This document shows positions 39,201 to 54,200 of a DNA stretch of 64,000 bases, in pieces. The stretch's first letter is position 1, and each line of letters begins with the position of its first letter. The DNA is from Obrimoposthia wandeli (lineage: Eukaryota), in NCBI GenBank assembly GCA_977020255.1, contig CDROCS010003335.1:186001-250000 (forward strand), given 5' to 3'. The position numbers and the translations under genes were made by a program. The notes under the pieces were generated by a model. It made no database searches, was not told the DNA's origin, and saw nothing but the letters and a program-made list of their open reading frames with translations.

Positions 39201-42200
39201 TTTGGAAAACCATTCAACAAAATAAAAGTATAAACAATTATAGAAGTATCAACTGCAATATCGACAACAAAGGCGGCGAAATAATGAGGTTAGTTACAAA
39301 GTTAAAGTTGATCAAACAAACAATGTTTATGAATTTCAAAACTAGGAGAAAAAAAAACGAACAAAAATTGACAGCATTAAATTAAAACATATAAAGGTTA
39401 CACTTGAAGTATTTGCAGCAAAGAAACGATTTTTTACAAACTGACTGGCTGACTCCAATTTTAAGACGAACGCTTTAATTCATGGTTGACCAATCCTTTT
39501 GTGCCATAAGCCCGGTGTACACATTTAACCTTTTATGATTTTCTTAAAAAACACCTACTAATTTCTAAATGCAAATATATATTACTCCAAAACACGGAGC
39601 ACCATTTTAGTGAATTATCTAGCACTGGAAGATTAGTGACAACTCAACAAGGTCATGTGGTAGACTTTATTGTTCTCCTGATTCCTGTCAGTAATCCTCG
39701 TGCGTTGACTGGATTTCATGGATTTCATTCAAGAAAACGTTGTTAACATATGCAGGTAATACCAGAAAAGGGATGATTCAAAGACAGAATGTTTGATAGT
39801 AGATGGAAATCGTTCTCATGGTAGACATGTTTTGTAAAATCGAAAGTTTCTTCATCACTTTCTTCCATTTGCTGGTAGTTTGATGGTATTGTAACATCCA
39901 CATAGAACAGCGGAATTCTTCCGACGACCATTTGAGCGTAGTACAGTACATCTCGACGCAAAATGGATATCAGTTGTGCACAATTAATATTCTACAACGT
40001 GATCATATAATCATTTAATATACTGTGTGGCATATTATGTGCAATAGAATATGGTCACAATATATTAAATTTCAAATCTATTAGGCAGGTCACACAAGTA
40101 CACCTATTTTACATTTGTACATTAAGGATGAGCACAAACATTATTCAATGAAAATCCATCGAAAAGCACAATTTTGGATGAACTTACTAAGTTCCTTTTA
40201 ACAAGAAAATAAAATGTTGCGCATAGGAGTTTTAACTGGATTTCCCGAATGATAATTAGTAAGATTTAGATTGAATTTATTGGAAAATTATATTTTTTTC
40301 ACAATTAATACTTAATTTTAATGAAATGAAATTTAAATAATGAAGATTAAATTTAAAAATTGCTTTTATTTGGACTTTAATTTTAAAGAATACAATAAAA
40401 TTGGCCACAAATTCATATTGACCACTATACATTAACTCTAAATTCATATTAGCTAAAATTATTAATTTTTTTAAACTTAGTAAAAATCTGAATCTAACTT
40501 ACTAAGTTACAATAGGTGTAGCCACTGTGGCTGCAGAAGACCACATGTGATCTAATCGATTTCTATGAAAATGCCAGGTTATGTTCAGAGAGTTATTATG
40601 ATTATTTAGAACTGAATATGACTATTTTAATGAGAATGGAAAGATGCAACATTTCCTTATGAGTTGAGTTTTCATTTGTGGGGAAGCAATACCAGAAATT
40701 TCGTATTTTGATGAATTTCACTTTTTCTGCACGACCACTTGCTAGCCGTTTGACTTTTCATTGAACAATAACATTCATAAAAGTAGTCATGTTAATAATA
40801 CAGTTAATATAAACATATTACGTAATCAAGAAAATGTATTTTTAACAATGAAATGAAATGCCCTAATATGTATTTAAATAATTGAAAATTTTGGGGGTTC
40901 TTGTTTCTTTTTCAGCTGAAATATCTTCAAAAAATCCGTAAATGTTTCCTGAAAATAGATTATTTTGAAAATAACAATTATTTATTTATCAATTTTACTC
41001 GATAAATTAATCATGTACCATTTTTAATTATTTTATACCATTTCTAAGGTATCATTATTAATCTGTTACATATTCTTTATTTATTAATCATCATCTGATT
41101 GAGTAATATCTTAAGCCAAAAAAAACTATTTTTTCTATTTCATTTATATTTTCGATCATAACGTTTGAGAAAGTTTCAATTTCTGCATTTAAAATATTTA
41201 TAAAAATTCAAAATTATCTTTTTCTATTTTTGTTTACTTTATTTAATAAAAGGTTAAATATTTAAATTAAAAAATAAAGTGTCTATATTAAAGAGAAATT
41301 TTCAAATTTATTTAAAATTTCTCTGTGTTTTTTAAGATTTTTTTCTTCTTTCATTAGATGTTCATTGTTAATATTCTGTTCCGTCTTTTAAAGAAATAAA
41401 TGGGTCTATGAATCCGAAAATGCAAGGTTTGTTCTAAATATAAAGTGTTCATATGATTAAGGCCTAACTGTATATGTAGTATATAATTTCTTAATTTAGA
41501 AAATCAATAGCTAATCAGTAGAAAGGCAGGCAGTATCATTATTGACGTACTACCCCATTAGTCTGGAAAGTGACATGAAGAAACCTGGCCTAAGCTAATC
41601 CAGTAAATTGATGAAGACAGTATATTTCTGGAAAGTGACTTTCGGTCATAGAACAAGCAATACATAAACCCTCTTTAACTGGGAGACGAGAACACCGCCC
41701 TCCAGTATAAAGACCAGTAATAATCAAAACATGCACGTTTCTAAAATGTTGGTTGGCAAATCAAGTAATGTTAACTATAACAATAACCAGGTGCATTTAA
41801 ATCACACTTCTAGCAATAATAAATTAATCCTCTTTGTGTAACTTCATAATTATACTTTGAAAATCACAACTAATTTAATGACAAAACTTATCAGGCCATC
41901 CTTTACCACATTGAAGATCTTTGTGTTAATTTCATAGCTGTTTTCAGAAACAATGTATCGACTTTGCCATCAACGAGAAGCCACTTTGTCGCTACATGCC
42001 CAAGAACAAGACGACCTTGAAGTACAGGGTATGGAGATTGGTGGTGTCTACGCCATTCGAGTACTTCATCATGGTGATGATCGCGCTCAACACTTTGATT
42101 CTCATGATGAAGGTAAATTCCTTCGGATATGATTTACTGTATTTGACATTTCTAATTTTCTGGTTAAAATTGCTCACACTTTTTCCCAACAAATATTCTA

Positions 42201-45200
42201 GAACTCGCTATTCTCGTTATTTTGTATTGCATGTCAGATAAAAGAATTTTACGATTGCTTTTATTTCATTTCATTTAAAAATTAACTTTATTTTCATTTC
42301 GATAACTTCGTGTATTTTCGTAATTAATCCATCAATCGTATTTGTTTTAAACTTCTAATATTCAAATTATCTGTAATTTTATTGGATTAACAAATATAGG
42401 TCAACCTGTAGTTTACGTCTGTACTCTCGTTTTTCAAAACTAATAACATCCACAAAGTTATTTTGACTGTGAAATTTATAATGCAATACGAAAATTACAT
42501 TATTAAATGTTTTTATAGATTTCATGAATAAGCACCAGAATATGGTTAATATATAGCATTATTTAAGGACATAATTTTGCCATACGTCAATGTACAAATA
42601 ACTTGGGGATATAGCTTTCGGTGTTCATCCTCGTCATTGCGTGTTTACATTCATAAGAGTTACACATAAGCCTAAATTTCGCTGGTAAAAGAGGTTCTGC
42701 TGTGGCACAATAGAAGTAGGGGATTGTGGTCACGGCATCATGTTAGGACGCAAATCTTACATTTAAAATTGGTAAACTTAAAACAATTTTGATTTCACAA
42801 AAGTTTGGCAACATAAGCTACAGGTTAACTGAAATATTTTTGTTTTAACCATTATTGAGAATTTTGTTAAATTTAAAGATAAAAAGGTTAGAAAACACTT
42901 TAATTTTGAAAAGGATTTTTTTTAATTTGTTAAACATAATATTTAAATAAAAGTTTGTTTAAGTTACAAGCAGGTCTCAAGTTTTTATGAGACAAACCAA
43001 TTAACTAATAAAATTTTGTCACATGATAGATATTGAAATTTTCAAAGTATTTCTCTATTTACAGTTTTTAAAGTTACATTTATTGTAAATAGACTACATT
43101 TTAAAAAAAGAATTTAATAGAGGAATTTGATAAAAATTAACTTCACCGATCAAATATTTTTTAAAAAAACACGATATTCCTGTTGAAAGTATGTCTGACC
43201 AATTTTGATCTATAAATCAAATGATTTTCAAAAATATAATGCATATAGATGTTGTTATATCGGTTTTTCTGTCATTTTCTGTCTGAAACAAACCACATTC
43301 AAATAAAACGTTACTTTTTCAATGTAGATTGCTATTTAGCAATTTTTTTATAGTTTTAGTTCAATTTTAAGATTTGATAACAAATTAAACAATGATAAAT
43401 TTACTTTCTTTTAATTTTCATTTAACTTTATATACAGAAAAATATTAAAAGTAATAGTCTATGTATTTTAATAATTGCATAAATTATTATTTTTAATGTC
43501 TGGTCAAACTCGAGTCCTGCCTACAAAGCTGGATATAACCAACATTATATGTCTGAATACTAATAGATTTTATATTCTTGAGAAGTAAAATTAATTTAGA
43601 GCACTTTTAGAAAAATTTGGTTGCCTAATTTCAGAAACAAGTATATAAAAAATTAATAGTTTAAGTATAATATAATTTTATATTAATTACCTTTTTGACA
43701 ATACATTGTTTTTAAAACTATTGATCTAAAGATTATATTCAGTTTAAATACTAAAAAGTGCAGAAATATAGATTTTTTTGTTTACTAAAATATTTTAAGT
43801 AAAGGAATTAACATTTTGTTAAAAGTTTTATAATACTCTGAAAATGAATTAATATAAACAAATTTTAAGATCATTTATCTGTTATAGTTCAAGAATTGAA
43901 TAAAAAATCATCATTTTATTTTAGTTTAAAATTATTATTTTTATAAAAATAAAATTTAATATAATTAAGAGATTATATTTTGGTATGATCTCTTGTTAAT
44001 ATTTTTATATTATTCTTTACTACCTTTACCTAATAACTGTTATTATTTTCAGGAATATTTTCATAGTTTGACGAAATTTCAGGCGAATAATAGTGCTCTC
44101 GAAAATAGTTTGATTGTAATTCACATAAGTATAGCCACGTGCTTTTCTCAACCAAATCTCTGCATACTCATATAGACATGACATATCCAAGCTGCTGAAA
44201 TCTAGTGCATAGAATCGCTTCAGTAACATCCGAATGCAGATCCACACTTAAAAGACTCACACAAGTAACGGAAATTTATATATATATATATTATTTTATT
44301 TTATCAACAACATAAAAACCGTCGCATACAACAACATGTAACAATCAGCATCAATCACCGCACCAACTCAAGCACATCAACACATATACAGCAGCTAAGT
44401 AGATACTTGATTTGCTAAATCTAAAACTCTCAATTACATGATCAGAAAAATTTCTGAATTACGTAACTGAACTTTATAGAACATTTAGATCTGATCAAAT
44501 AGAACAAACGAATTTGAGAAAATGTACTTTATAAAAACATACCAAAGCAATGCGAGATACTACTCTAAATACACTAAACAATTCATTAAAAGATAAACAA
44601 CTTTATTGAAAATGACCACCAACTATAACACATTGCCTGGGCCTCTTCCGATAGTTACTGATTCACATAATTTTGTTTCATAGAATTTTCCTTTAATACA
44701 TTAATCAAATCAATGATTTCTTGCATTTCTGAGTTGTATACTTTCTGTTTAACAGTTTCTTAAAGCCAAGAGTTCAGAGGACTTAAACCACTTCTACCAA
44801 ATCATTTTTTTCTAAATGCTTCTAACATCTCATCTTCAATGAAAATGAGTTCTTATTTTGAAAGAATAGTAATTGTTAATTTATGTTTTTATGTTTTTCT
44901 TGATATTGGGGTATCAAGCAGTCTTTAAATAAAGATAAATAAGCCTTATTTTAGATTTGTTTATCTTGGTTCCGCTGTGAACTTAGTCATTTCTGTGCAG
45001 TACTATCGCGAGGAGAAGAAACCTTCTAGTGCAGCCTCTCATGATCGGGATCAACAAGCCTACCTCAACTATTGCAACACCCTCATCTTCCTCAATTCTG
45101 CCTTCACTGTCATGTTCTCCATTGAATGTCTCCTCAAGATTATGGCATTCGGACCTAAGGTCAGCAATTTAAAGAATTTTGAAAAATAAAGAAATAAAAT

Positions 45201-48200
45201 TTTGAAAAATTCTGATTTATTGACTATTATAAATCATATATCTAACTGTAATATTTACCAAGCTTTTGTCAAAATTGATTCAGAATTTAACATATTTGAA
45301 AGTCGTATTCATTCCTTATAAAAGAATTTTTATAGTAGAATTGTAAAATAAAAATTTTATAGGATAGATTCTGATAGTGATTCAGAAAATCGTAGTTTAT
45401 AAGAAATCAATGTTATTTAAATAACAGCAATATAATTAATATAGCGCTAATATCTAATATTATGCTCTAAATCTTTACAGCAATTTGAAAATGAATATAA
45501 GAAACTATGACAATATGAAAAATTTCAAAAAGCAGCTGAATATTTCTAATTAGAAAATATTACGAATTATATCTGTAAATTGTAAAACTGTAAAGGTTCG
45601 AAGATTATATTTTTCAAATATTCCATCAATCTGTTTGCTATTTGAAAATTTCTTAATCAATCTGTAGTAATTATCGCTACCCTTAAGATGCATATAAACA
45701 CTCACTGTACTAGGCTTGACAAAATCATAGGAATAATAGGCTTTAATGAAAGAATACAATTTTGAGTAATTTGAGTAATCTTGAATTCATGTTAATGGTC
45801 TTTATTCCCAGTTTTTCATATACCTTTATGATATCATAAACAGTCTGTCTATGAACATTAGGTTCCGTAATATACCGCGCGTATAAGGCGTATAAGGTGC
45901 ATTATCTGTTTAAAAATGTGCTTGAATAAATTCAACCAAAGAATCTCAACTATTTATTTATTTATCACTTTATATAACACTTTATCACTTTATATTTATA
46001 ACTTTCAAACGTGACCTTGCAAAAATTAGCGTCTTTAATGTACTTTTTTGTGTGAAATTTTGAAAATAACTTCAACTTAATATATCTTAGGAATTTTCGA
46101 TATGAAATACACGTATAAGGCGCAGTGGTGTATAAGGCGCAGCCCCTAATTTATTTTAAAAAATATGTAAAAGGGTGCGCCGTGTACATGCGAATTTACG
46201 GTACTTGACAATAACATGAGTTGTAACAATAGAACGATCTTTTTTGTATTGTATGGTGACTGCACGGCGATCATTTTCATTAAGGCTTTGTATTATATCA
46301 ATATGATAAAATTATGAAACTTTACACGATTGTGTCGGTAATTAATTTCTGACCAGTCAATTGTGCTTAATTAGCAAATAATTCAAACGAGTTAATGAGA
46401 CTCAAAAATCTAAATGCAATTTAAGGTGCTCAGTTGTTGCTCATGCGTATACGGCGATATTCAGACATGTTTGGCTGATCAGGTTTGCAATGCAATGCCT
46501 AATAAGAGTACAATAGTAGTGTTTTGAATTTATGTAAGTTTTGTTGATGTTGGGGAATGAAGAAATTAACGGATTGTTTAATCGACAAACTTGCATGTAA
46601 ATATAATTGAATCCGTTGCATGCTTTTAACGTCATAAATAAAACTAATTTAAAATTTTAGTAAGCACCCGTGAGAAAGAATATAATTACCTTTTGAAGAT
46701 GGCTGAAGACTTTTATATTCAAAAGCATTTTGAAGAGTTAAAGTACCATCCGATTCCAGTTTAAGATATTCTCTAAACAATCTTTGATGCACATTTTAAT
46801 AATTGGTGATCATTAAATTTCGTCATAAAAATGTGCATTTTTCCATTTTGCCTTTTCTGAAAATCAGGAAACAAATTTAAGTGTATCATTTAGCGTAAAT
46901 TAAATAATGTTACGTTTCGCGATTTGGCAAAATCTTCATAAATTGGAGTTTAAAAATTATATTTTAGTTTGCAGTGAAATAAAATTCATTTCAAATGAAG
47001 AGGTTTGGAATTTTCATTTATCTTAAAAAGGAATTTTATGCATTCATCTGAACCCAAATGCCTATAGTTATATCAAATCTCATTTTCAGAACTACTTTCG
47101 AGACCCCTGGAATATATTCGATTTCATCACAGTCATTGGATCGATTACAGATGTATTGGTATCAGAATTGCAGGTTTGATATTGCTGGCTTTTTATATTA
47201 ACGTCAATAATGCTTACAACATTAAAAAACATGTTAAAAGAAGAATTTAATTAATTTAATTTTCTCCTTTTTGTAGCAGCAGATTGTTAATACCATGACA
47301 TTTAAAACCCTTCATTATAATTTATTTTAACATGAAATATATTCTTTGTTTCGGAGCCGAAGATAGAATATAAAAAGTGGTAACTTCAATTCATCTAAAT
47401 CTTTCATTGATTTATTTAAAACTTTAAAAAATATCTTACCATAACAACTTGACTTCGATACATAAATCCCCAATGTTAACTTAAATTAACCTGTTAAAAC
47501 ACATAAAATATTTACATAATATTTTACTTAAAAAGATTACCAGATCCATTACCCGCCCATCATCGTCATCTCACTGCCCACTATTGAATTTATTTCTAAA
47601 AGTATTTTAATATATTTTATTATTTCGGAGGTTCTTCAACATTCTTCGATCAACGAAAGAAAATTTGTAAATAATTTTGACTATGAAGTAATCCATAATT
47701 CTATGATGTAAAATTTAATTAATAAATTAAGAACAACAAATTGTAATAAAAAATAATTATCCATCTGCTTCTATACATTTCGTTCAGCAAGTTGATGTAA
47801 ACCTTTGCAATACCATTCGATATCAGTGTTATCTTTAAAGAATTCTCCAGAAAAGAAAGTTACCGTGGATTATCTGAAAATATGAAATTCTGAAGGTGAC
47901 ATGTCTGGGGACATGCAGGATAAAGAAGTAGATCGAATTCAAAGAAATGTTAGAACAGCTACGATGGAATGTGTTACTCCACCCGCCTTTTTTGCCACAT
48001 ATTGTTCCATACACAATAAATATTTTAAAACCTGACTTCAAAAGAACTGAATTTCTTCAATCATGGAATACATTTATTACCTGAAAAATGGGAAAATCTC
48101 AAAGGTATAGAATTTGATTAAAATATTGTTTGTTAATTTTATTATTTTTAATATTATTGTTTATTTTCAAAACGGTGGAAACTTATTTAAATACCTAATA

Positions 48201-51200
48201 GAAAACCAAAGTGACTAATATTATTTTGACAAAAGGTAATCATTACACAGTAAAAATTAAAATCAATTTAAATCAATCCCAAAAACTAAACATCGATATT
48301 AAATACATGATAATATAAACTTTCTTATAGAAACGATTTCTACAAAATTTTAGTCTTAAAATGGGTTAAAAAACTAATTGGTCTAATTTTCGTAAAATAT
48401 TTAAAATAATTACGCCAATTAAAATAAATATAATTTTTTTATATATTTGAAATGTTTTCTATTTATTTTAATGAATTACCTGTTATTTTAAATGAACAAA
48501 TTTATCCAATGCTTGTAAAAAGAACTCTGTAATAAAAGAATACTTCACAAAAAAGAAATATGATTTTTTAGGATTTATTCTTTATGTGATCTCTCTGAGA
48601 TAATTTACTTAAGGTTACTGGTTTCTCACATCATCCATTTATTTAGAAGAGTGCATCCCGAGAAGGTTAGGGGGACTTCATCAACAACAAAAATAATCTA
48701 CAAAATTTAGCTATCCATCTAAAACAACAAAATTTAAAATAACAGGTGCCTTAAAACCCAAACGCCAAATTCAGCAGTACGAGAATATAACTAAAAGCTC
48801 AATTTCCTTAAGAAAAGACACTCCTTTCAAGTAGTCATAAACAACTATAAGAGAAATGCATAAACCTTGACTTGTAAGTAATTTAAGTTTCTTCGATTAA
48901 ATAGTTTCTTTTTTTTGTTTTATTTCAAACGAACGTTTTGCAAATTATTCCCTGTCGATGTCAGTTGAAACTAATGGACGATCCCATGGCTATATCAAAA
49001 ACGTTAAAACCTAGGATCTACAGTGAACGATGAAAGGATGATCAATTTAGTTTAATATCTGGTAAGCAAAGCTTTTGGAAAACATCAAAATTATAAAATT
49101 ATAGATACATTTTAAAAATAATCTACTAAAGATGTTCCTAAAATTTAAAGTATAACATGCAAAAAGAGCAATAATTTCTGGAGAAAACCGAATTAATTTT
49201 TTTAAACAATTTTTAAAGATGGCATTATTATGCAATTAAAGCCATTACGATCCACTACACAATTCATTTCATATTGTTTAACTTTTTCTTTAATCATATT
49301 TATGTCACATGTCTTCATCTTATTCATTCATTAAGTCATCTAAAACAGTTAAAACGAAAGTTGAAAGGGGCTCTTGTTGTTAAACTTTCTTGCATTCTTC
49401 ATCACTATACATGGCAATGAAATACATGATTCAAAATGTTCGCTGTTTGAAAACCATTTTAATGCAATTACCTGACATAGAGTTCGATGACTTGAAAATC
49501 TAACTACACGCTGTTAAAAGCATGCAGTTCTCATGTTTTCACCTTTCGTAAATGTGTGATAGCTTTTTATCATCCATTTTAACTCATTTCGAACTTAAGT
49601 TTTATTAACGGAAGTATCCAATGGCTGAGGTTTCTTCGTGAGATCACCATGAATATTAGCTTGTATTGAGTGTGATTCTGCAACTTTTTAAAACAATTTT
49701 CATCTGTAAATTACGAAGGAATAGGACAAAATTCATTGACGGTATGGAATATTTATTAGTATTTGGTGTAATGTTCTCATGTAAATGTTTATAAATATTA
49801 TATTAAACTTTAATCAGATTGAATACAAAAAAAATAATAAGTACACCATTAAAATTAACTAAAGATTCTCTTCTCAAAATTGAATTTGTTAAGTTATGAA
49901 ATTTCAACAGTTTGTATTAGAGTTTCTTAAAATACATTAAAATGAATTTCTTTGCCATTATTTTGTGATTTTTGATTAAATTCTTATGTGATTATTAAGC
50001 GTGGATATAATTATTAGTGTTTTAAAATGAAGACATCATTTATTTCAGCCGAAATGTAAAAATTTTAAATCAATTTTTAAACAAAGAGTTTTAAATTTAA
50101 AAAGCATTAAACGTTTTGTTAAAATAAGAAAATATAGGTCACTTCAGTCAAGCATTAATAAAATTGATCCAGTGTGTTATATACGGAATTTTTATAAAAG
50201 CTCCTCTTCCAGATTTGAAAATGGATGCACATACCCAATTTTATTAAAATTTTAATCACAAAAAAAGGTAATATAAAAAATGAACATACAAAGAAATTCA
50301 TTTTTTATGAAAATAAAATTTTAATTACGAGTAGTAATTTCGTCTTTTAATATTGTATGTAGCTTATGTAGCATTATTATTCAAGGTTATATAATTATGA
50401 TGAAACAAATAATTATTGGTCAATCTGTATATAACCTTGTAAATCTAAATGTGATTACTAAGTACAAGTATTTATTTTAATTAAATCTGTATTTATGGAG
50501 TAATGTGAAGAAAAATAAAATTCATGTTTTGGTAACCCACTTGCTCTCAATAACAATTCTTATTTCAGTATTCTTTTTACCCAATAGATATTGAATTTTA
50601 ATGGCATTCACTGTAGCTTAATGAATTGTTGGCTGCATAAGAAGAGTCAGATGGTCGATTGGTCATTTGTTTAATCTTATTGACTAATTGTCATAAATAT
50701 CATTTGTATGTTTGACAATACACTTACATGAAACTTACAATTCAATCAAAATTAAGCATACAATTAAAATGTGAGTTTTTTTCACATTAAATAATGCATA
50801 TTTACGCAATTTTGGGTAGGAACATTTGAGTTTGTTTGTTTAGCTATATGATGCATATAAAAAGTCATTAACCCTTAGAGGCATATAGATGGTTAATTCT
50901 TCGGCAAGCTCATATTAACCTTAATTTCTCAGCGATTCACAAACATTTTATAAATAAAAATTCACATATACCTAATTTGAAATGATTTCTATCAGTAAAC
51001 GTCGACAGTTACATATTTTAAATGCAATCAAATTAAACTAAAAAAGTAAAATTTCCCATGTTAGTGTCATGTTAAATAGTTAAGTAAACATTAGTTGAAT
51101 TATTTTAACCTTACTGATCTCATAGTACAGTATATAACTAAATACTAATAAAAATGTCGACTTTTAACTTTCAGTAAATTATTGTCCTGATACTGTGAAT

Positions 51201-54200
51201 ACTTTTGTTACGAGTCCAGTTTTGTTGCTTTTCAAGGGTTTAAATATATTTGTTGATGTTGTCTCATATGAAGCATTTCAAATTCATCAAATATTAATTT
51301 GTAATCATTTTTTCTTAATTGCTGGGCAATTCGGGTTAAAATTATTTTGCTGAAGAAACAACATACTACAAGCCATGGTAATTAACAGTCCCATGTGTGT
51401 TTAGATAAATTAAAATAAATATTCATGAAAAAATGTACATTGAATAATTGAAAGGAAAAATGTAAGGTATTTTAAAATTTAAAAATATTTTCCCAGTAAT
51501 TCGAAATATTTCTAAAATAAAAAATTACAAAAACATTCTACTCACAAATGAAGTAGCTAAAATTCAAAATATTTCTTAAACAAAACTTTTTTGTACATTT
51601 ATAGAATTTTTTAATATAAATTTTATTGTATGTGTATCTGAAAATGTCTAAATGCTAAAATTTCTTGAACTAATTAGAAATGATTTAAACTAAACTTTTA
51701 TCATTGCGAATCGTAATTTTGATAATTTTAGAAAATTAGTGTCACCAAAAGAGTAAATTTTAAATTGGTACCATGCTAGCTGCCAGGTAATACAAGACAG
51801 ATCAACTCTCGCAGTGTCATGGCCAGATCAAATTATTTAGCAGCATAATATCTAAGTCTTTGAAATGAATTAAAAAAACTTTTAATAACATGTTTTTTAA
51901 AATACATAAATTTGAAATAAATTCGAATAAAATAATTTTGAATTATTAAATAAATTAATTAATTGGATTAAAATTAAATAATTATATATATTTTAGTTCA
52001 GTTAAACAAAACTAAAACTGAAGAATATTATCTCAATTTAATATCCAGAGAATACTTTGCTGAAATTCGGTATCTTCCTAGTATATGTAGGAACATCGTG
52101 TATCTCCCAAGTAGAAAGTTCCCTGAAAATGTCTGGTTTCACCCGAGTAAAGAATAGTAACGTAAAGTGTGCTTTCCTGCTTATTAGAGAGGCACATCAG
52201 ACAGACAATCTACTATAGAATGTTATACACGTAGAACGATTAGATCATTGGTACCCTTCCATCTGATCCAGATACAAAACAGGCACAAATTCAATATGTG
52301 ATTTATGCCTGTTCTATACTGAGCTTGGGAGATGTTCTCGTGAGTGACAAAGTACACTTTACATTTCTTAAAGAAATTGAACATAAAATATTATTCGATA
52401 CGAACTGATTCAAAGTAACCGTTACAACTTCAATTTTTAGTAATTCCCTAAATAAAATTATGTAATTTTTTGTTGTTGCAAGTTTACTAACTGTATTTTC
52501 TGAATTTCTAAGAATTGAAGTTGTAATAGTCATTTAGAATCAGACTTTTTTTTTAAAGCAAGAGCTTATACAATATTCTTGACACCCGCACAGGACTCTA
52601 ATTTTCTGAATCTGGGTTTCCTGCGTTTGTTTCGGGCGGCAAGACTCATCAAGCTTCTTCGACAAGGCTACACCATCCGGATATTGCTGTGGACCTTCAT
52701 TCAGTCGTTTAAGGCGCTGCCCTATGTCTGTCTTCTGATTGCGATGCTCTTCTTCATTTACTCCATCATTGGCATGCAAGTCAGTCTTTGAAAGCACCCG
52801 TTAATAATTTTATAAATGGCAAAATTGTGAGACGTGCTTTGTAATGTAACATTGCATGCTGAAACTCATATTTCAAAATTATTTGCACTTTTTCCTAAAT
52901 GATATATCAATACTAATAAAACAAAGAATGGTAAATTCTCAATAAACAAAATACAAATTATTCAAAATGGTCTACAAAAATGACAAGTCAGTTTCAAGAC
53001 TGCAAATTGCAAATGTTCAAACTCTTTCTCTTTTATTTGTAGTATATTTTTAATGAATAATGATCATCAGACGCCTTTAAAGAAGTTGTATCAATCTTAT
53101 AAAGCATACTTTGTTATGGATATCGGAGATTTAGGAAAATCATGGGCACATCAGTACTGGTACAACATCATTTTTGATTGGTATTGAAGTAAACCGGTAG
53201 CAACGCGGTTTCCTATTTCACTGATGTAGCAAAAACCCAAAAAATGCATTGATGGCTGCTTTTTTGTTTGAATAATATTTCAGTTTGAACAGAAAAAAAC
53301 AAAAGTATGTCCCCTACCTAATCCATCGGAAATATTATTAAATCACACAATGAAATTTTAACAGAATAATTTGATTCCAGATGGCAGTACTCGATAGAAA
53401 TAAATAATAATAATGGTTAATATACTTTGTTAAGGTAGTCAAATTATATAATACGCAAATACAGCTATTTAATTTGATAGGACTGTTGCAATTTAGCAAA
53501 CGTCAATAGGCATTATTAGCCTCAATAAATAGTTAAAATGGAATTAAAACTTAAACCAGTGGTTTCCAAAGTGTGAGGCTCGACCCTCAAGGGGGCGACT
53601 GATTTTCGAAGCTATTTTTTGAAAGTTTTCTTTTTCTCAGTGGAGCGCCTTCTAAAAAGTTTGGAAATCGCTGATTTAAAATATTAGATTAAAATTATAT
53701 AGTTTTTTTCATGCTTTTTAAAAGCCTTCTACCGATCTTTGATTGAAAATACAGCTGGGAATATTTCTGCTCAGAAGTTGTCAATAGAAATGAGTCTAAT
53801 TGGATGACAAATTCGACAAAGTTTCTTCGAACTTAAATGAGTCCCGTCTGAATGAGTTGAGGAAATCATTTGCATAATTAATAGTGCCTCTATTCTTTCT
53901 GCAGGTATTCGGAAACATCAAACTCGAGAGCGACAGTCAGATCAATCGACACAACAACTTCCAGACTTTCACCAATGGCCTGACATTGTTGTTCAGGTAC
54001 ATCTATATCTCCTGTTCTCTCAGCTTCACCACCAGATTCCTGTCATTAACTCCAGACGTTCTCGCTGTATAATAGTCATTTTTTCAAAATATCTAAATAA
54101 AGTTTCACTTCATTTAATTTCAAATCTATAAATTTCGATCAAATATTTTAGCTATTCGCAGTCAATGGTTGCGATGTGTGGCTTTCCTAATTGAAATCTC

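Noticed and set aside
41975-41977. INEKP where Cav2 usually has a small residue (INAKP-like)
   Set aside because: A single base difference (GAG vs GCG) could be polymorphism or sequence error; it is not an A-to-I pattern.
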